Of a stretch of 64,000 nt of DNA, positions 17,845 to 27,760 are shown piece after piece. The position numbers and the translations under genes are program-made. The stretch comes from Capsulimonadaceae bacterium. Its GTDB lineage: Bacteria > Armatimonadota > Armatimonadia > Armatimonadales > Capsulimonadaceae. The stretch's first letter is position 1; every line of letters starts with the position of its first letter. Location: contig OZ244065.1 of assembly GCA_965215505.1 (NCBI GenBank), positions 3,264,001 through 3,328,000 of the forward strand, written 5' to 3'. The notes beneath the pieces were generated by a model, which was given only the letters and a program-made list of their open reading frames with translations, was not told where the DNA came from and did not search any database.

Positions 17845-18124
17845 TAGATTGTTCCTGTGGTGCTTGCTGCTGTCATTATACAGGAAACGATGCGGATATG
17901 GGAACCCACCCCGCCGCGAGCGGCTTCCCCTCCGGAAACGGGTGGGGGAGGAGACAGGGGCAGGGGAGCGTGAAATTATCATCAGGTGAGACAAATAGAA
18001 AATGATCAAACCGTGGTCCGCCGAAGTCGCTGTGAATTGCCGGAGGCTCTGATACAATAGGCCGTACCGACGCTGTCAAAGTGGCTGAGGAGCGTCCTAG
18101 AAACGCTCAGGAAGGTTGGACCGG

Positions 18125-19240
18125 ATGAGTGGAGTGCGGGTACTGGTCGGGACGCGCAAAGGCGCTTTTATCCTGACGGCGGACGCCAAGCGCGAGCGCT
18201 GGGACATCAGCGAACCCTATTTTGGGGGCTGGGAGATCTACCACATCAAAGGGTCGCCGGCAGACCCGGACCGGCTCTATGCCTCGCAGTCCAGCGGCTG
18301 GTTCGGGCAGATGATCCAGCGCTCGAACAACGGCGGCAAATCATGGGAACCGGTGGGTAACGAATTCGCCTACGACGGCATCCCCGGAGCGCACCAGTGG
18401 TATGACGGCACGCAGCACCCGTGGGAGTTCAAGCGCGTCTGGCACCTCGAGCCGTCGCCGTCCGATCCCGACATCGTCTACGCTGGGGTGGAGGATGCGG
18501 CCCTGTTCCGCTCGGTGGACGGCGGCGGGTCCTGGCGGGAGATGTCCGGGCTGCGTAGCCACACCTCCGGCCCGCTCTGGCAGCCGGGCGCGGGCGGGAT
18601 GTGCCTGCACACGGTCCTTCTGGACCCCGGCAACCCTGAGCGGATCTACATCGCGATCTCGGCGGCCGGCGTGTTCCGGTCGGATGATGCCGGCGCATCG
18701 TGGCGGCCCATGAACCAAGGCCTGAATTCCGAGTTCCTCCCGGACCCGAAGGCCGAGGTCGGCCACTGCGTCCACCGGATCGCGATGCACCCTGCGCGCC
18801 CGGACGTCCTGTTCATGCAGAAGCACTGGGACGTGATGCGGAGCGATGACGCCGGCGAGTCGTGGCGCGAGGTCAGCGGCAACCTGCCGTCCGATTTTGG
18901 TTTTCCCATTGATGTCCACGCGCACGAGCCGGACACGATCTACGTCGTCCCGATCAAGAGCGACTCCGAGCATTATCCGCCCGAGGGGAAGCTGCGCGTC
19001 TATCGCAGCCGGACGGGCGGGGATGAATGGGAGGCCCTGACAAACGGCCTGCCGCAGAGCGACTGCTATGTCAATGTGCTGCGCGATGCGATGGCCGTGG
19101 ACACGCTCGATTCGTGCGGCGTGTACTTCGGGACCACCGGCGGGCAGGTCTACGCCTCCGCCGACAGCGGCGACACCTGGATGCCCATCGCCCGCGATCT
19201 CCCGGCTGTTCTGTCCGTCGAGGTGCAGACACTCCCATGA
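18125..19240 (+). CDS. BNR/Asp-box beta-propeller protein (YCF48/sialidase-like)
   Basis: Repeated SxDxGxxW boxes; N-terminal LVGTRKGAF. Confidence 0.9.
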   Translation: MSGVRVLVGTRKGAFILTADAKRERWDISEPYFGGWEIYHIKGSPADPDRLYASQSSGWFGQMIQRSNNGGKSWEPVGNEFAYDGIPGAHQWYDGTQHPWEFKRVWHLEPSPSDPDIVYAGVEDAALFRSVDGGGSWREMSGLRSHTSGPLWQPGAGGMCLHTVLLDPGNPERIYIAISAAGVFRSDDAGASWRPMNQGLNSEFLPDPKAEVGHCVHRIAMHPARPDVLFMQKHWDVMRSDDAGESWREVSGNLPSDFGFPIDVHAHEPDTIYVVPIKSDSEHYPPEGKLRVYRSRTGGDEWEALTNGLPQSDCYVNVLRDAMAVDTLDSCGVYFGTTGGQVYASADSGDTWMPIARDLPAVLSVEVQTLP

Positions 19241-19557
19241 ACCGAGCCACAGACCCAGCCGTGATCCGGGTCGCCCTGCCCGCCCATTTGCGAACGCTGG
19301 CGCGCGTCGGAGACGAAGTGGAACTCACGCTTGAGGGTCCGGTGACTCAAAGGTCTGTCCTCGATACCCTTGAAGCCCGCTACCCGATGCTGCGCGGGAC
19401 CATCCGCGACCACGCGACCAAGCGCCGCCGTCCGTTCCTGCGGTTCTTCGCCTGCGGGCAGGACCTTTCCCATGAGAGTGCGGATGCCCTGCTGCCCGCT
19501 GCGGTCACGTCTGGGGAGGAGTCTTTTCTTATCGTGGGGGCCATCGCGGGCGGCTAG
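19237..19557 (+). CDS. MoaD/ThiS ubiquitin-like protein
   Basis: [20 protein letters not shown]-terminal IAGG; ATGA overlap with the upstream gene. Confidence 0.9.
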   Translation: MNRATDPAVIRVALPAHLRTLARVGDEVELTLEGPVTQRSVLDTLEARYPMLRGTIRDHATKRRRPFLRFFACGQDLSHESADALLPAAVTSGEESFLIVGAIAGG

Positions 19558-19651
19558 TCCGCCGTTACCAGAAGGAAGCCAAGGGTTGAGTCTTGTAGGG
19601 GCGCCGCTTGCCGCGCCCTCCATATGGGATCGCCCTCCTGCCCCCACCCCA

Positions 19652-20497
19652 CTAAAACCGCCAGTCCAGGTCCTCGGTCGGCAGGCGGCGGTGGGTCCAG
19701 TTCAGTTGCCGCTCGGTCAGGCGGCAGTCCACGAACCACCAGGGGTAGGCGACGGGGTCGTGGATTCGGAAGGTGCGGCGGTAGGACTGGATGGCCGGGA
19801 AGGCGGTGCAAAATCCGCACCGGTGCAGAGTGAGGAACAGGGCCAGGAGCCGGACGCGCAGCTTGACGGCGTTGGTGTTTTCTAAAGGGATCGCAAGCGA
19901 CTCGGAGAGGGCGAAGACCTCGCGCTGGGCCAGGTGCAGGCTGACGGTGTCAATGCCTTTCAGGATGCCGATCTTGTCGGGGATCTCCGTCTCACGCATC
20001 CGGGCCGTCAGGGTCAGGACGTACCGCTCCATGCTCTCGGCCCAGCCGTCTTCCACACGCTGTGCGACGGTGACCACCTCTTCGAGCTGCGGGGCGCGGC
20101 CAAGGTAATCCCGCAGGTGGGTCTCGGCCCACTCCCACCGTTTGACCGACTTGCGCGGCAGGAGGCCCATGTCCGAAAGCGGGCACAGACGGCAGATTCC
20201 GCCGCGCGTCCCCAGCAGGCGGCTGTAGGCGAATTCGATGCCGGACGCGCTGGCGCGCGGGTCCAATATCCCTTCTACCAATTTAGCATAGCTCTCGATG
20301 AGAAAATCCAGGGCATCGTGGGACATCTCGAAGGGCGCGGCCTGCGCCCGCAGCCGCCGCGCCATGTCCGCGCACGGCTCGCGCATGGGGTCGCGCGGCG
20401 GCTGGATCGGCTCGGGCGGGGCGGTCAGTATTTCGGAGCGTCTCTGCGGGCGCTTTTCGATCACGAGGGTCATGAGTACGGGGTCTCCCGCCGTCAT
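19652..20497 (-). CDS. Hypothetical protein
   Basis: 281-aa ORF, codirectional with the upstream genes; no family recognised. Confidence 0.55.
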   Translation of the reverse strand: MTAGDPVLMTLVIEKRPQRRSEILTAPPEPIQPPRDPMREPCADMARRLRAQAAPFEMSHDALDFLIESYAKLVEGILDPRASASGIEFAYSRLLGTRGGICRLCPLSDMGLLPRKSVKRWEWAETHLRDYLGRAPQLEEVVTVAQRVEDGWAESMERYVLTLTARMRETEIPDKIGILKGIDTVSLHLAQREVFALSESLAIPLENTNAVKLRVRLLALFLTLHRCGFCTAFPAIQSYRRTFRIHDPVAYPWWFVDCRLTERQLNWTHRRLPTEDLDWRF

Positions 20498-20533
20498 TGT
20501 CGGCAGACGGCAGGCAGACGACGCACCGCAATT

Positions 20534-21169
20534 CTACGGGAGTTGCGGGACATCCTGCGGGGGCGACTTCGGAGGCAGCGCGAAAAAGAGGGCCAGCAAA
20601 ACATCCACGAGGACCGAAGCGGGAGCCGAGACGAACGCTAGGGCGAAGGCCACGAGGTACAGCAGCGGCCCGAAGCGGTACTGCTCGGTGATGCGCCGCA
20701 CCTTGTGCCGGTCGTGGTCGTCCGCCAGCAGCCGTTCCCCGACGGCGGCGTGCCGCCAGAGCGCGTTAAAGCAGAGCGCCATCACGACCGAGAAGGCGGA
20801 GTAGACGGCGGCGGCGATCCGCGCGTTCGGGCCGGGGTGGGCCAGGTACTCGGCCAGCAGGGCGGTCGGGAAGGGGAACAGCGTGATCACCATCAGCAGC
20901 AGGCCGTTATAGACCAGCAGCCCGTGGTCCTTGCGGTAGATCTGCTCGAACAGCCGGTCGTGATTGAGCCACATGATCAGGATAGTGGCGAAGCTCGTGA
21001 CGTAGGCCAGCAGGGCGGGCCACAAAGCCAGCAGGGCAGCCCCCAGCCCACCGGGCGGCAAGGCATCCAGCCGGGGTACATGGATGTCCAGGGCAAGCAG
21101 CGTGATGGCGACGGCGAACACGCCGTCGCTGAACGCCTCCACGCGGGCGGTTTCTTTCTCATTCATCAT
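20534..21169 (-). CDS. TMEM175-family potassium channel (DUF1211)
   Basis: RVEAFSDGVFAVAITLLAL signature; YVTSF..I...W.NH; PFPT. Confidence 0.92.
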   Translation of the reverse strand: MMNEKETARVEAFSDGVFAVAITLLALDIHVPRLDALPPGGLGAALLALWPALLAYVTSFATILIMWLNHDRLFEQIYRKDHGLLVYNGLLLMVITLFPFPTALLAEYLAHPGPNARIAAAVYSAFSVVMALCFNALWRHAAVGERLLADDHDRHKVRRITEQYRFGPLLYLVAFALAFVSAPASVLVDVLLALFFALPPKSPPQDVPQLP

Positions 21170-21531
21170 CGATCTTCACCAGGGCGCGCTTTTTCTATCT
21201 CCAGAGAATGTTCTTTGGCCCAGGCGGAGAGTGCCTGAATCGGGCCACCCAGCGACTCGCCGAGTGGCGTCAGCGAATACTCGACTTTGGGCGGGACGAC
21301 CGCGTACTCCGTCCGCCTGACCAGCCCGTCCCGCTCCAAGCGGCGCAGCGTTTGGGTGAGCATCTTCTGCGTGATGCCGACGAGCTTCTGCTTCAGCACC
21401 CCATGTCTTTTGATGCCGCCCAGGAGGGCCAGCAGGACGAGCAGGCTCCACTTGTCCGCCACAAGTCCGAGCGCCTTGTGTGCCGGGCACTCCGCGTTGA
21501 ACACATCCGGCTCATATGATTTGGTTGGCAT
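21166..21531 (-). CDS. HxlR-family winged-helix regulator
   Basis: CP...L..V.DKW, GITQKMLTQTLRRLERDGLV, VPPKVEYSLTPLG. Confidence 0.95.
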   Translation of the reverse strand: MPTKSYEPDVFNAECPAHKALGLVADKWSLLVLLALLGGIKRHGVLKQKLVGITQKMLTQTLRRLERDGLVRRTEYAVVPPKVEYSLTPLGESLGGPIQALSAWAKEHSLEIEKARPGEDR

Positions 21532-21687
21532 GGCTCTATTATATCTCGTGATGAGGCCGAGTCAGGTATCCGGCAACCTGTCCTTTCGGGTGGGTACAAA
21601 AAAGTGCCTACTTGAAACCGCTTCTTCCTCTGGACATAATGAACGTCATGCAGACCTCTTCAAGAGGCACGAGGAAGGAAACCCGCC

Positions 21688-21987
21688 GTGAAAATCATCA
21701 CCTATGACCGCTTCAAGCCCGGCGTGACGATGGAGACGATCACGCCGCTGCTGCCGGAAGAAGCCGCCCATGCCTGGAAACTCTGGAAGGCGGGCATCAT
21801 CCGCGAGAACTACGCGATCACCGACCGGCCCGGCGTGGTCATCGTGTTCGAATGCGCGGACGCCGCCGAGGCGAAGCGCTACCTCGATGACTTCCCGATG
21901 ACCAAGGCCGGCTACCTGGAATGGGAGTGCATCCCCGTGGGTGCCCCGCTCCCCATCGAGAGCCTTTTCCGTGACCAGACCAACTAG
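21688..21987 (+). CDS. Small dimeric alpha-beta barrel protein (muconolactone isomerase-like)
   Basis: EA..AW.LW..GIIRE.Y...DRPG.V.V.EC....EA...L...P. Confidence 0.7.
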   Translation: MKIITYDRFKPGVTMETITPLLPEEAAHAWKLWKAGIIRENYAITDRPGVVIVFECADAAEAKRYLDDFPMTKAGYLEWECIPVGAPLPIESLFRDQTN

Positions 21988-21999
21988 GGGAGGCTCTTG

Positions 22000-22641
22000 A
22001 TGCAGCACATCTTCGGTCTGGATGTCCCGCAATCGCTGGAAGAGGCCTGTGACCCGCGCACGACGGCGCTCCTGGTCTATGACATGCAGGTGGGGGTGCT
22101 GGGCCAGCTCCCCAATGCCCCGCAGATCATCCCGCAGGTGGTCCGCGTGCTGGAAGCCGCCCGCGCGGCGGGCCTGCGCGTCTTTTTCACCCGGCACATG
22201 TCGCTGCCGAAGGAGGTCATGGGCGTCACCCAGCTACGGACGGCGATGGCCTGGCAGCAGGCATCGGCGGCGGAAGTGACGCCCTGGTTCCTGCCGGGCA
22301 CCCCCGGCTTCGGCCTGGTGCCCGGAGTCGCGCCGCTGCCGCGCGAGGCGGTCGCGGACAAGATCACGATGTCCGCATTCGAGGGGACTTTCCTGAACAT
22401 CGCGTTCCGCGACTGCGGCATCCGGACGGTCATCCTCGTCGGCGTCGCCCTGGAAGTCGGCATTGAGCCGACCGTGCGCCACGCCGCCGACCTGGGCTAC
22501 ATCCCGGTCGTCGTGGCCGACGCCTGCGGGGGCCGGGACGAGGAGGCGCGGCAGCGCTCACTCGCGGGGCTGGCCTTCGCCGGCGACGCGATCATCACCG
22601 ATGTCGCGACGATGTGCCGGGTGCTGAGTGCTGCCGCTTGA
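22000..22641 (+). CDS. Isochorismatase-family hydrolase
   Basis: TALLVYDMQ, K..MSAFEGT, GIEPTVRHAADLGY.PVVV.DAC. Confidence 0.9.
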   Translation: MQHIFGLDVPQSLEEACDPRTTALLVYDMQVGVLGQLPNAPQIIPQVVRVLEAARAAGLRVFFTRHMSLPKEVMGVTQLRTAMAWQQASAAEVTPWFLPGTPGFGLVPGVAPLPREAVADKITMSAFEGTFLNIAFRDCGIRTVILVGVALEVGIEPTVRHAADLGYIPVVVADACGGRDEEARQRSLAGLAFAGDAIITDVATMCRVLSAAA

Positions 22642-22667
22642 CTCGCTTCCCCCTTTCCGGCTATACT
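22638..22667 (+). promoter_or_regulatory. Sigma70 promoter of the T-box/valS transcript
   Basis: TTGACT-18-TATACT just before the T-box stem I. Confidence 0.65.
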
Positions 22668-22679
22668 TCCTTGTCAGCA

Positions 22680-23012
22680 CGGCATTGATGGGGAAGAGTA
22701 GGCGGCGCACAAGCGCCAGAGAGGGGACGCCACCGGCTGCAAGCGTCCCCACGCCCGAGAGCCGCCGAAGGTCGCCCCGGAGCCGCAAGTCGAAGAACGA
22801 GTGTCCGCACCGCCCGTAGGGGCGAACCTTGTGTTCGCCCTTCCGGCGTCTGCCCTTTACAGGACGGTGCGGGAAGCAAGGTGGTATCGCGCGTCGGCCA
22901 CGTCTTGATCTGAGAGTTGTCTTAGGAAAAGACTGGTGAAGCCCTCGCGTCCTTGCGACTGGATTCCTTTGGGAGTCCTGTGTCGCACGGATGCGGGGGC
23001 TTTCGTGTTTCT
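22680..23012 (+). ncRNA. Valine T-box riboswitch with terminator
   Basis: Stem I with AGAGA and GGCUG motifs, specifier GUC (Val) at 22771, T-box AAGGUGGUAUCGCG at 22878, antiterminator partner CGCGUCCUUGC, terminator hairpin with U tail; upstream of valS. Confidence 0.9.
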
Positions 23013-23041
23013 GGCCGCATCGGGCCAGTCAGGAGTACAGC

Positions 23042-23284
23042 ATGAACTTTGTCCCTCTTTTCGTGCCCGCGCTGGCACACCTGCTGCGCGAGGCGGAACT
23101 GGCGAAGGGCAGCCCGTTGACCCGCGCCGAAGCCCTGGGAATCCGCGACCAGGGCGCGTGCATGATGGTGCGCCAGTCGGTGGCGCTGGAGATGGAAGAA
23201 AAGCGCGGCTTCCGGGACATCGACCCGGAGAACTGCTGGGAGGAATGGCAGGCGCTGCGGCAGGCGTTGGCCGGCGAGGGCTGA
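23042..23284 (+). CDS. Small hypothetical protein between the T-box and valS
   Basis: AGGAG RBS; FVPALAHLL..AE..KG.PLT..E...IRD...RGFRDIDPEN.W.EWQ. Confidence 0.7.
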   Translation: MNFVPLFVPALAHLLREAELAKGSPLTRAEALGIRDQGACMMVRQSVALEMEEKRGFRDIDPENCWEEWQALRQALAGEG

Positions 23285-23326
23285 CGCGCGAATTTGCCAG
23301 TATGTATGGAGCAAAGGAAACCAACG

Positions 23327-25993
23327 ATGAAAAAAGCCTATGAACCCCAGGACGTGGAAGCGCGGCTGTATGCCGGGTGGGAGGCCTCGGGCCTGTTCCA
23401 CGCTGCCCCGACGCCGGGCAAGCCGAAGTACAGCATCACCATCCCGCCGCCGAATGTTACGGGCAGCCTGCACATGGGGCACGCCCTGAACCACTCCGTC
23501 CAGGACACGTTGGGCCGCTGGCATCGGATGCGGGGCTTTACGACCCTGATCCTGCCAGGCACCGACCACGCGGGCATCGCGACCCAGACGGTGGTGGAGA
23601 AGGAGATCGCCAAAGAAGGCTTGACCCGGCATGACCTGGGGCGGGAGGCATTCGTCGCCCGCGTCTGGCAGTGGAAGGAGCAGTACGGGGCGCGCATCAT
23701 CTCCCAGCTCAAGCGGCTCGGCTGCTCCTACGACTGGTCGCGCGAGAGGTTCACCATGGACCCTGCCTATGCCGAGGCGGTCGTGGAGGCCTTCGTGCGC
23801 TTCCACGACGCGGGCCTGATCTACCGGGGCAAGCGGCTGGTCAACTGGTGCTGCTTCCACCAGACGGTGATCTCCGACATCGAGGTGGAGGAGGAAGAGC
23901 AGGCGGGGCATCTGTGGCACATCCGCTACCCCTTCGCCGACGGCTCGGGGTCAGTGACGGTGGCGACGACGCGGCCCGAGACGATGCTCGGCGACTCGGC
24001 CGTGGCCGTGAACCCTAAAGACGCCCGGTATGAGGGCCTGATCGGCAAGATGTTCGCCCTGCCGCTCACTGACAGGCAGATTCCCTTGATCGCCGACGAC
24101 TACGCGTCGGCGGAGTTCGGGACGGGCGCGGTCAAGGTGACGCCCGCGCACGACCTGAACGACTACGAGGCGGGCCTGAGACACAGCCTGCCGCAGATCA
24201 CCGTCATCGGCTTCGACGGCACGATGACGCCCGAGGCCGGGGAGCGGTATTCGGGCCTGGACCGCTACGAGGCCCGGAACCTCGTGGTGGCCGACTTGGA
24301 AGAGCTGGGCCTGCTGGAAAAGACCGAGGACTACAAGCACAACGTTCCCACCTGCGAGCGGTGTCACACGACCATCGAGCCGCTGCTGTCAGATCAGTGG
24401 TTCATGCGGATGGCTGGGACCGACCTGGTCAAGCGGGCCATTGACATCGTGGAGGACGACGAAACGACGTTCGTCCCCGCCCGCTATAAGAAGGCCTATC
24501 TCGACTGGATGACCGGCATCCGGGACTGGGCATTGTCCCGTCAACTCTGGTGGGGCCACCGCATCCCCATCTACTACCGCCCCGACGGCACCTCGGTCGC
24601 CGCCCGCAGCTTTGACGAGGCCGTGCAGCGGGCGGGCACGGACGCGCTGACGCAGGACGAGGACGTCCTGGACACCTGGTTCTCGTCGGCCCTGTGGCCG
24701 TTCGCGACGATGGGCTGGCCCGAGGAGACGCCGGACCTTGCCTACTTCTACCCGACCGACATGCTGACCACGGCGGGCGAGATCCTGCGCCTGTGGGTGG
24801 CCCGGATGCTGATGACGGGCCTGGAGTTCCGGGGCGAAAAGCCGTTCGCCGATGTCTATATTCATGCGACGGTCCTGGACAAAAAGGGTCGCCGGATGTC
24901 CAAGAGCAAGGGCAACGGCATTGACCCCGTGGACATGATCGAGAAGTACGGCGCGGACGCCCTGCGCTTCTCCCTGCTCCGGCTGGCTTCCAAAGGCCAG
25001 GACATCCGGTTCAGCGAGGAGCGCGTACCCGAAGCGCGCAACTTCGGCAACAAGATCTGGAACGCCGCCCGGTTCGTGCTGCTGAACATGGGGGAGGGCG
25101 CGGCGCAGGAAGCCGCCGGACCCAAGAGTCTGCCCGAGCGGTGGATACTGTCGCGGCTCCAGCGGACGACCGGGGCGGTGAACGCCGCCCTGGCGGGCTA
25201 CGACATGGACGACGCCTGCGGGGCGCTGTACGAGTTCCTGTGGAACGAGTACTGTGACTGGTTCGTGGAGCTGTGCAAGCCCGCCCTTCAGGGCCAAGAC
25301 GGACCCGCCAAAGACGCGGCGCGGGCGACGCTCTTTACGGTGCTTCAGACGACCCTGCGCCTGCTGCACCCGATCATGCCGTTCGGCACCGAGGAGATCT
25401 GGCAGAACCTACCCGGCACGGAGGGCAGCATCAGCATCGCCCCCTACCCCGTCGCCGACGAGTCCCTTCTTGACCCCGAAGCCGAGGCGGGCATGGACTT
25501 GGTCATCGGCAGCATCACGGCCCTGCGCGGACTGCGGGCCGAGTTCACGCCGGGCGGACCGGAGAACGAGGCCGCACGGGCAGCTATAATCGCGCGGCGC
25601 TTCACCGTGATCGCCGTCCCCGAGGGCGCAACGGCAGCCGCAACATTGCAGGACCAGTTGCCCTCCATCGTCTCGCTCGCCCGGCTGGGCGCGGTGACGG
25701 TGGCCGGGGCCGCGCCGACTGAGGGCAAGTATGTCTCGGCGGGCATGACGGGCGTATCGTTCTATGTCCCGGCGGGTGAGCTGCTGGAAGGCATAGACCC
25801 TGCCCGCGAGTCGGCACGGCTGGCGACCGAGATCGTCAAGCTGGACAAGGAGCTGGCCTCAGTGCAGGGGCGGCTGAACAACCCCGGCTTCGTCCAGAAG
25901 GCCGCGCCGGAGGCGGTGGCGAAGGCGCGCGAGGACGTGGCAGAGCTTGGGCAGCGTCGGGCGAAGCTGGAGGGGCGGCGGGGGCTGCTGTGA
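23327..25993 (+). CDS. valS: Valine--tRNA ligase
   Basis: PPPNVTGSLHMGH, GTDHAGIATQ, SRQLWWGHRIP, RMSKSKGN, C-terminal coiled coil. Confidence 0.98.
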   Translation: MKKAYEPQDVEARLYAGWEASGLFHAAPTPGKPKYSITIPPPNVTGSLHMGHALNHSVQDTLGRWHRMRGFTTLILPGTDHAGIATQTVVEKEIAKEGLTRHDLGREAFVARVWQWKEQYGARIISQLKRLGCSYDWSRERFTMDPAYAEAVVEAFVRFHDAGLIYRGKRLVNWCCFHQTVISDIEVEEEEQAGHLWHIRYPFADGSGSVTVATTRPETMLGDSAVAVNPKDARYEGLIGKMFALPLTDRQIPLIADDYASAEFGTGAVKVTPAHDLNDYEAGLRHSLPQITVIGFDGTMTPEAGERYSGLDRYEARNLVVADLEELGLLEKTEDYKHNVPTCERCHTTIEPLLSDQWFMRMAGTDLVKRAIDIVEDDETTFVPARYKKAYLDWMTGIRDWALSRQLWWGHRIPIYYRPDGTSVAARSFDEAVQRAGTDALTQDEDVLDTWFSSALWPFATMGWPEETPDLAYFYPTDMLTTAGEILRLWVARMLMTGLEFRGEKPFADVYIHATVLDKKGRRMSKSKGNGIDPVDMIEKYGADALRFSLLRLASKGQDIRFSEERVPEARNFGNKIWNAARFVLLNMGEGAAQEAAGPKSLPERWILSRLQRTTGAVNAALAGYDMDDACGALYEFLWNEYCDWFVELCKPALQGQDGPAKDAARATLFTVLQTTLRLLHPIMPFGTEEIWQNLPGTEGSISIAPYPVADESLLDPEAEAGMDLVIGSITALRGLRAEFTPGGPENEAARAAIIARRFTVIAVPEGATAAATLQDQLPSIVSLARLGAVTVAGAAPTEGKYVSAGMTGVSFYVPAGELLEGIDPARESARLATEIVKLDKELASVQGRLNNPGFVQKAAPEAVAKAREDVAELGQRRAKLEGRRGLL

Positions 25994-26073
25994 TCCTGTG
26001 CCGTGGAACCCACCCCGCGACAAGTCGCGGGGTGGGTTCCAACGGCTCGGCTTCTCTGGTACAATAACCTCCG

Positions 26074-27756
26074 ATGCCCAGACTCACCGCTGCTGCTCCT
26101 ACCGCCGCCTCTCTTGCCGCCACCCCTCTCCCCCTCCTTGGCATCCTGCTGCTGGCCCTCGTCCTCCGCACCTGGGGGCTGGCTTGGGGGCTGCCGTCGG
26201 CGACCCACTACTTCTCCTATCACCCGGACGAGAGCCGCGCACTGTTGGTCTGCTCGCCGCCCACTATGAACGTCTTCGCGGGGCGTCTGCTGCCGCACTT
26301 CTACAATTACGGCTCGCTCCAACTCTACCTGGTCTGCTTCGCCAACACGGCGGCGATGCTGGCGGGGGCGGTAGACATCGTACCCAAGGACTACGCCGTC
26401 TGGTATCCGCAGTGGGCGAAAATGTACCTGATCGGGCGCAGTTTGACCGTCGGCATGGGGGTTGGCACTGTTCTTGCAGTATATCGTATCGGGGAGCGGC
26501 TGTGGGGACGGCGAGCGGGCCTGCTCGCCGCACTGACACTGGCCGTGATGCCGCTGCACGCGCAGCACTCGCACTTTTTGACTGTGGACGTGCCGGCGAC
26601 GTTCTGGGCCATGCTGTCCCTGTTGTGGGCGGTCCGGCTGGCGACGGAAGACCCGAAGCCTCTGCGGGCGGCCTTGTGGGCGGGCGTCTTCGCGGGGCTG
26701 GCAGCGGCGACCAAGTACAATCTGGCCCTGGCTGTCCTGCCTCTTGTCGCTGCATGCATCCTGACGCGGCAATGGAAGGGCCTGGCGCTGGGCGTGCCCA
26801 TGTTCGTCCTGGCTTTCCTCGCGGCCTGCCCCGGCGTGGTCCTGGAAAACGCGGCGTTCCTGCGCGACCTACGGTTTGAGGCGGTCCACGTCCAGAACAC
26901 GGAAGACCCGACTTTCCGGGACACCGGCAGCGGGTTCGTCTACCATGTCGCGCGCAACCTAGACGCCGGGCTAGGGTTGCCGCTGCTGCTGCTGGCATTG
27001 GTTTCGGTCGGATACGCGCTGTATCGGCGCGGGCGCGGGGACGGGCTGCTGGCCGCCTTCGCCCTGCCCTACTACGTTTTAATCGGCCTGGCCGCCGTGC
27101 GCTATGCGCGCTACACCCTCCCGCTGCTGCCGGTGCTGGCGCTGTGGGTGGGCCGGATGGCGGCGGACTGGTCGCGGGCGACGGTGCCGGTCCGGCGCGA
27201 AATGGGCCGATGGGCCTCTGCCTTGGTCCTGGGACTGACATTGGTCTGGTGTGTGCGGCTGGTCGGCTTCATGGCGGATCAGGACATGCGCGACTGGGCT
27301 TTGCGCTTCATCAACGCCCCCAAAGACGGGGGCCGGTCGGCGGCCCTGCCGACGGTCGGCTTCGCCGCGCAGCCCTGGTTCGGGACGCCTCCGGTCAGCC
27401 CCTACTTTTCGCTGCCGGGGCCGGGCGGATGGCGACGACTCGTTTCGCCGCAGGAGGCGTCCCGCATCGTCTACGAGGGCAAGGACTGGGACGCGGCCCT
27501 GCTGGAAGCGCGCAAGCCGGACCTGGTGGTCCTCAGCGAGTATGATTATGCCGACGCGCTGCGCCTGAAGGACCCAGCGGCACTGCATTACCTTGAGGTG
27601 CTGCGGCGTGAGTATCAGCGGAGCTATGTCCTGGTGGACAACAACTCGGCGCTTTCCACGCAGTACGCGAGCATCGAAGGGCTGCCAACGCGGGGCTGGC
27701 CCCACGACATGCTCTACGCCTGTCCCATCATTTCACTCTATAAAAGGAAGCCTTGA
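26074..27756 (+). CDS. GT-C (ArnT/PMT, GT39-like) membrane glycosyltransferase
   Basis: YHPDE loop, many TMs, GLAAATKY, RYTLPLLP. Confidence 0.85.
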   Translation: MPRLTAAAPTAASLAATPLPLLGILLLALVLRTWGLAWGLPSATHYFSYHPDESRALLVCSPPTMNVFAGRLLPHFYNYGSLQLYLVCFANTAAMLAGAVDIVPKDYAVWYPQWAKMYLIGRSLTVGMGVGTVLAVYRIGERLWGRRAGLLAALTLAVMPLHAQHSHFLTVDVPATFWAMLSLLWAVRLATEDPKPLRAALWAGVFAGLAAATKYNLALAVLPLVAACILTRQWKGLALGVPMFVLAFLAACPGVVLENAAFLRDLRFEAVHVQNTEDPTFRDTGSGFVYHVARNLDAGLGLPLLLLALVSVGYALYRRGRGDGLLAAFALPYYVLIGLAAVRYARYTLPLLPVLALWVGRMAADWSRATVPVRREMGRWASALVLGLTLVWCVRLVGFMADQDMRDWALRFINAPKDGGRSAALPTVGFAAQPWFGTPPVSPYFSLPGPGGWRRLVSPQEASRIVYEGKDWDAALLEARKPDLVVLSEYDYADALRLKDPAALHYLEVLRREYQRSYVLVDNNSALSTQYASIEGLPTRGWPHDMLYACPIISLYKRKP

Positions 27757-27760
27757 CCCT

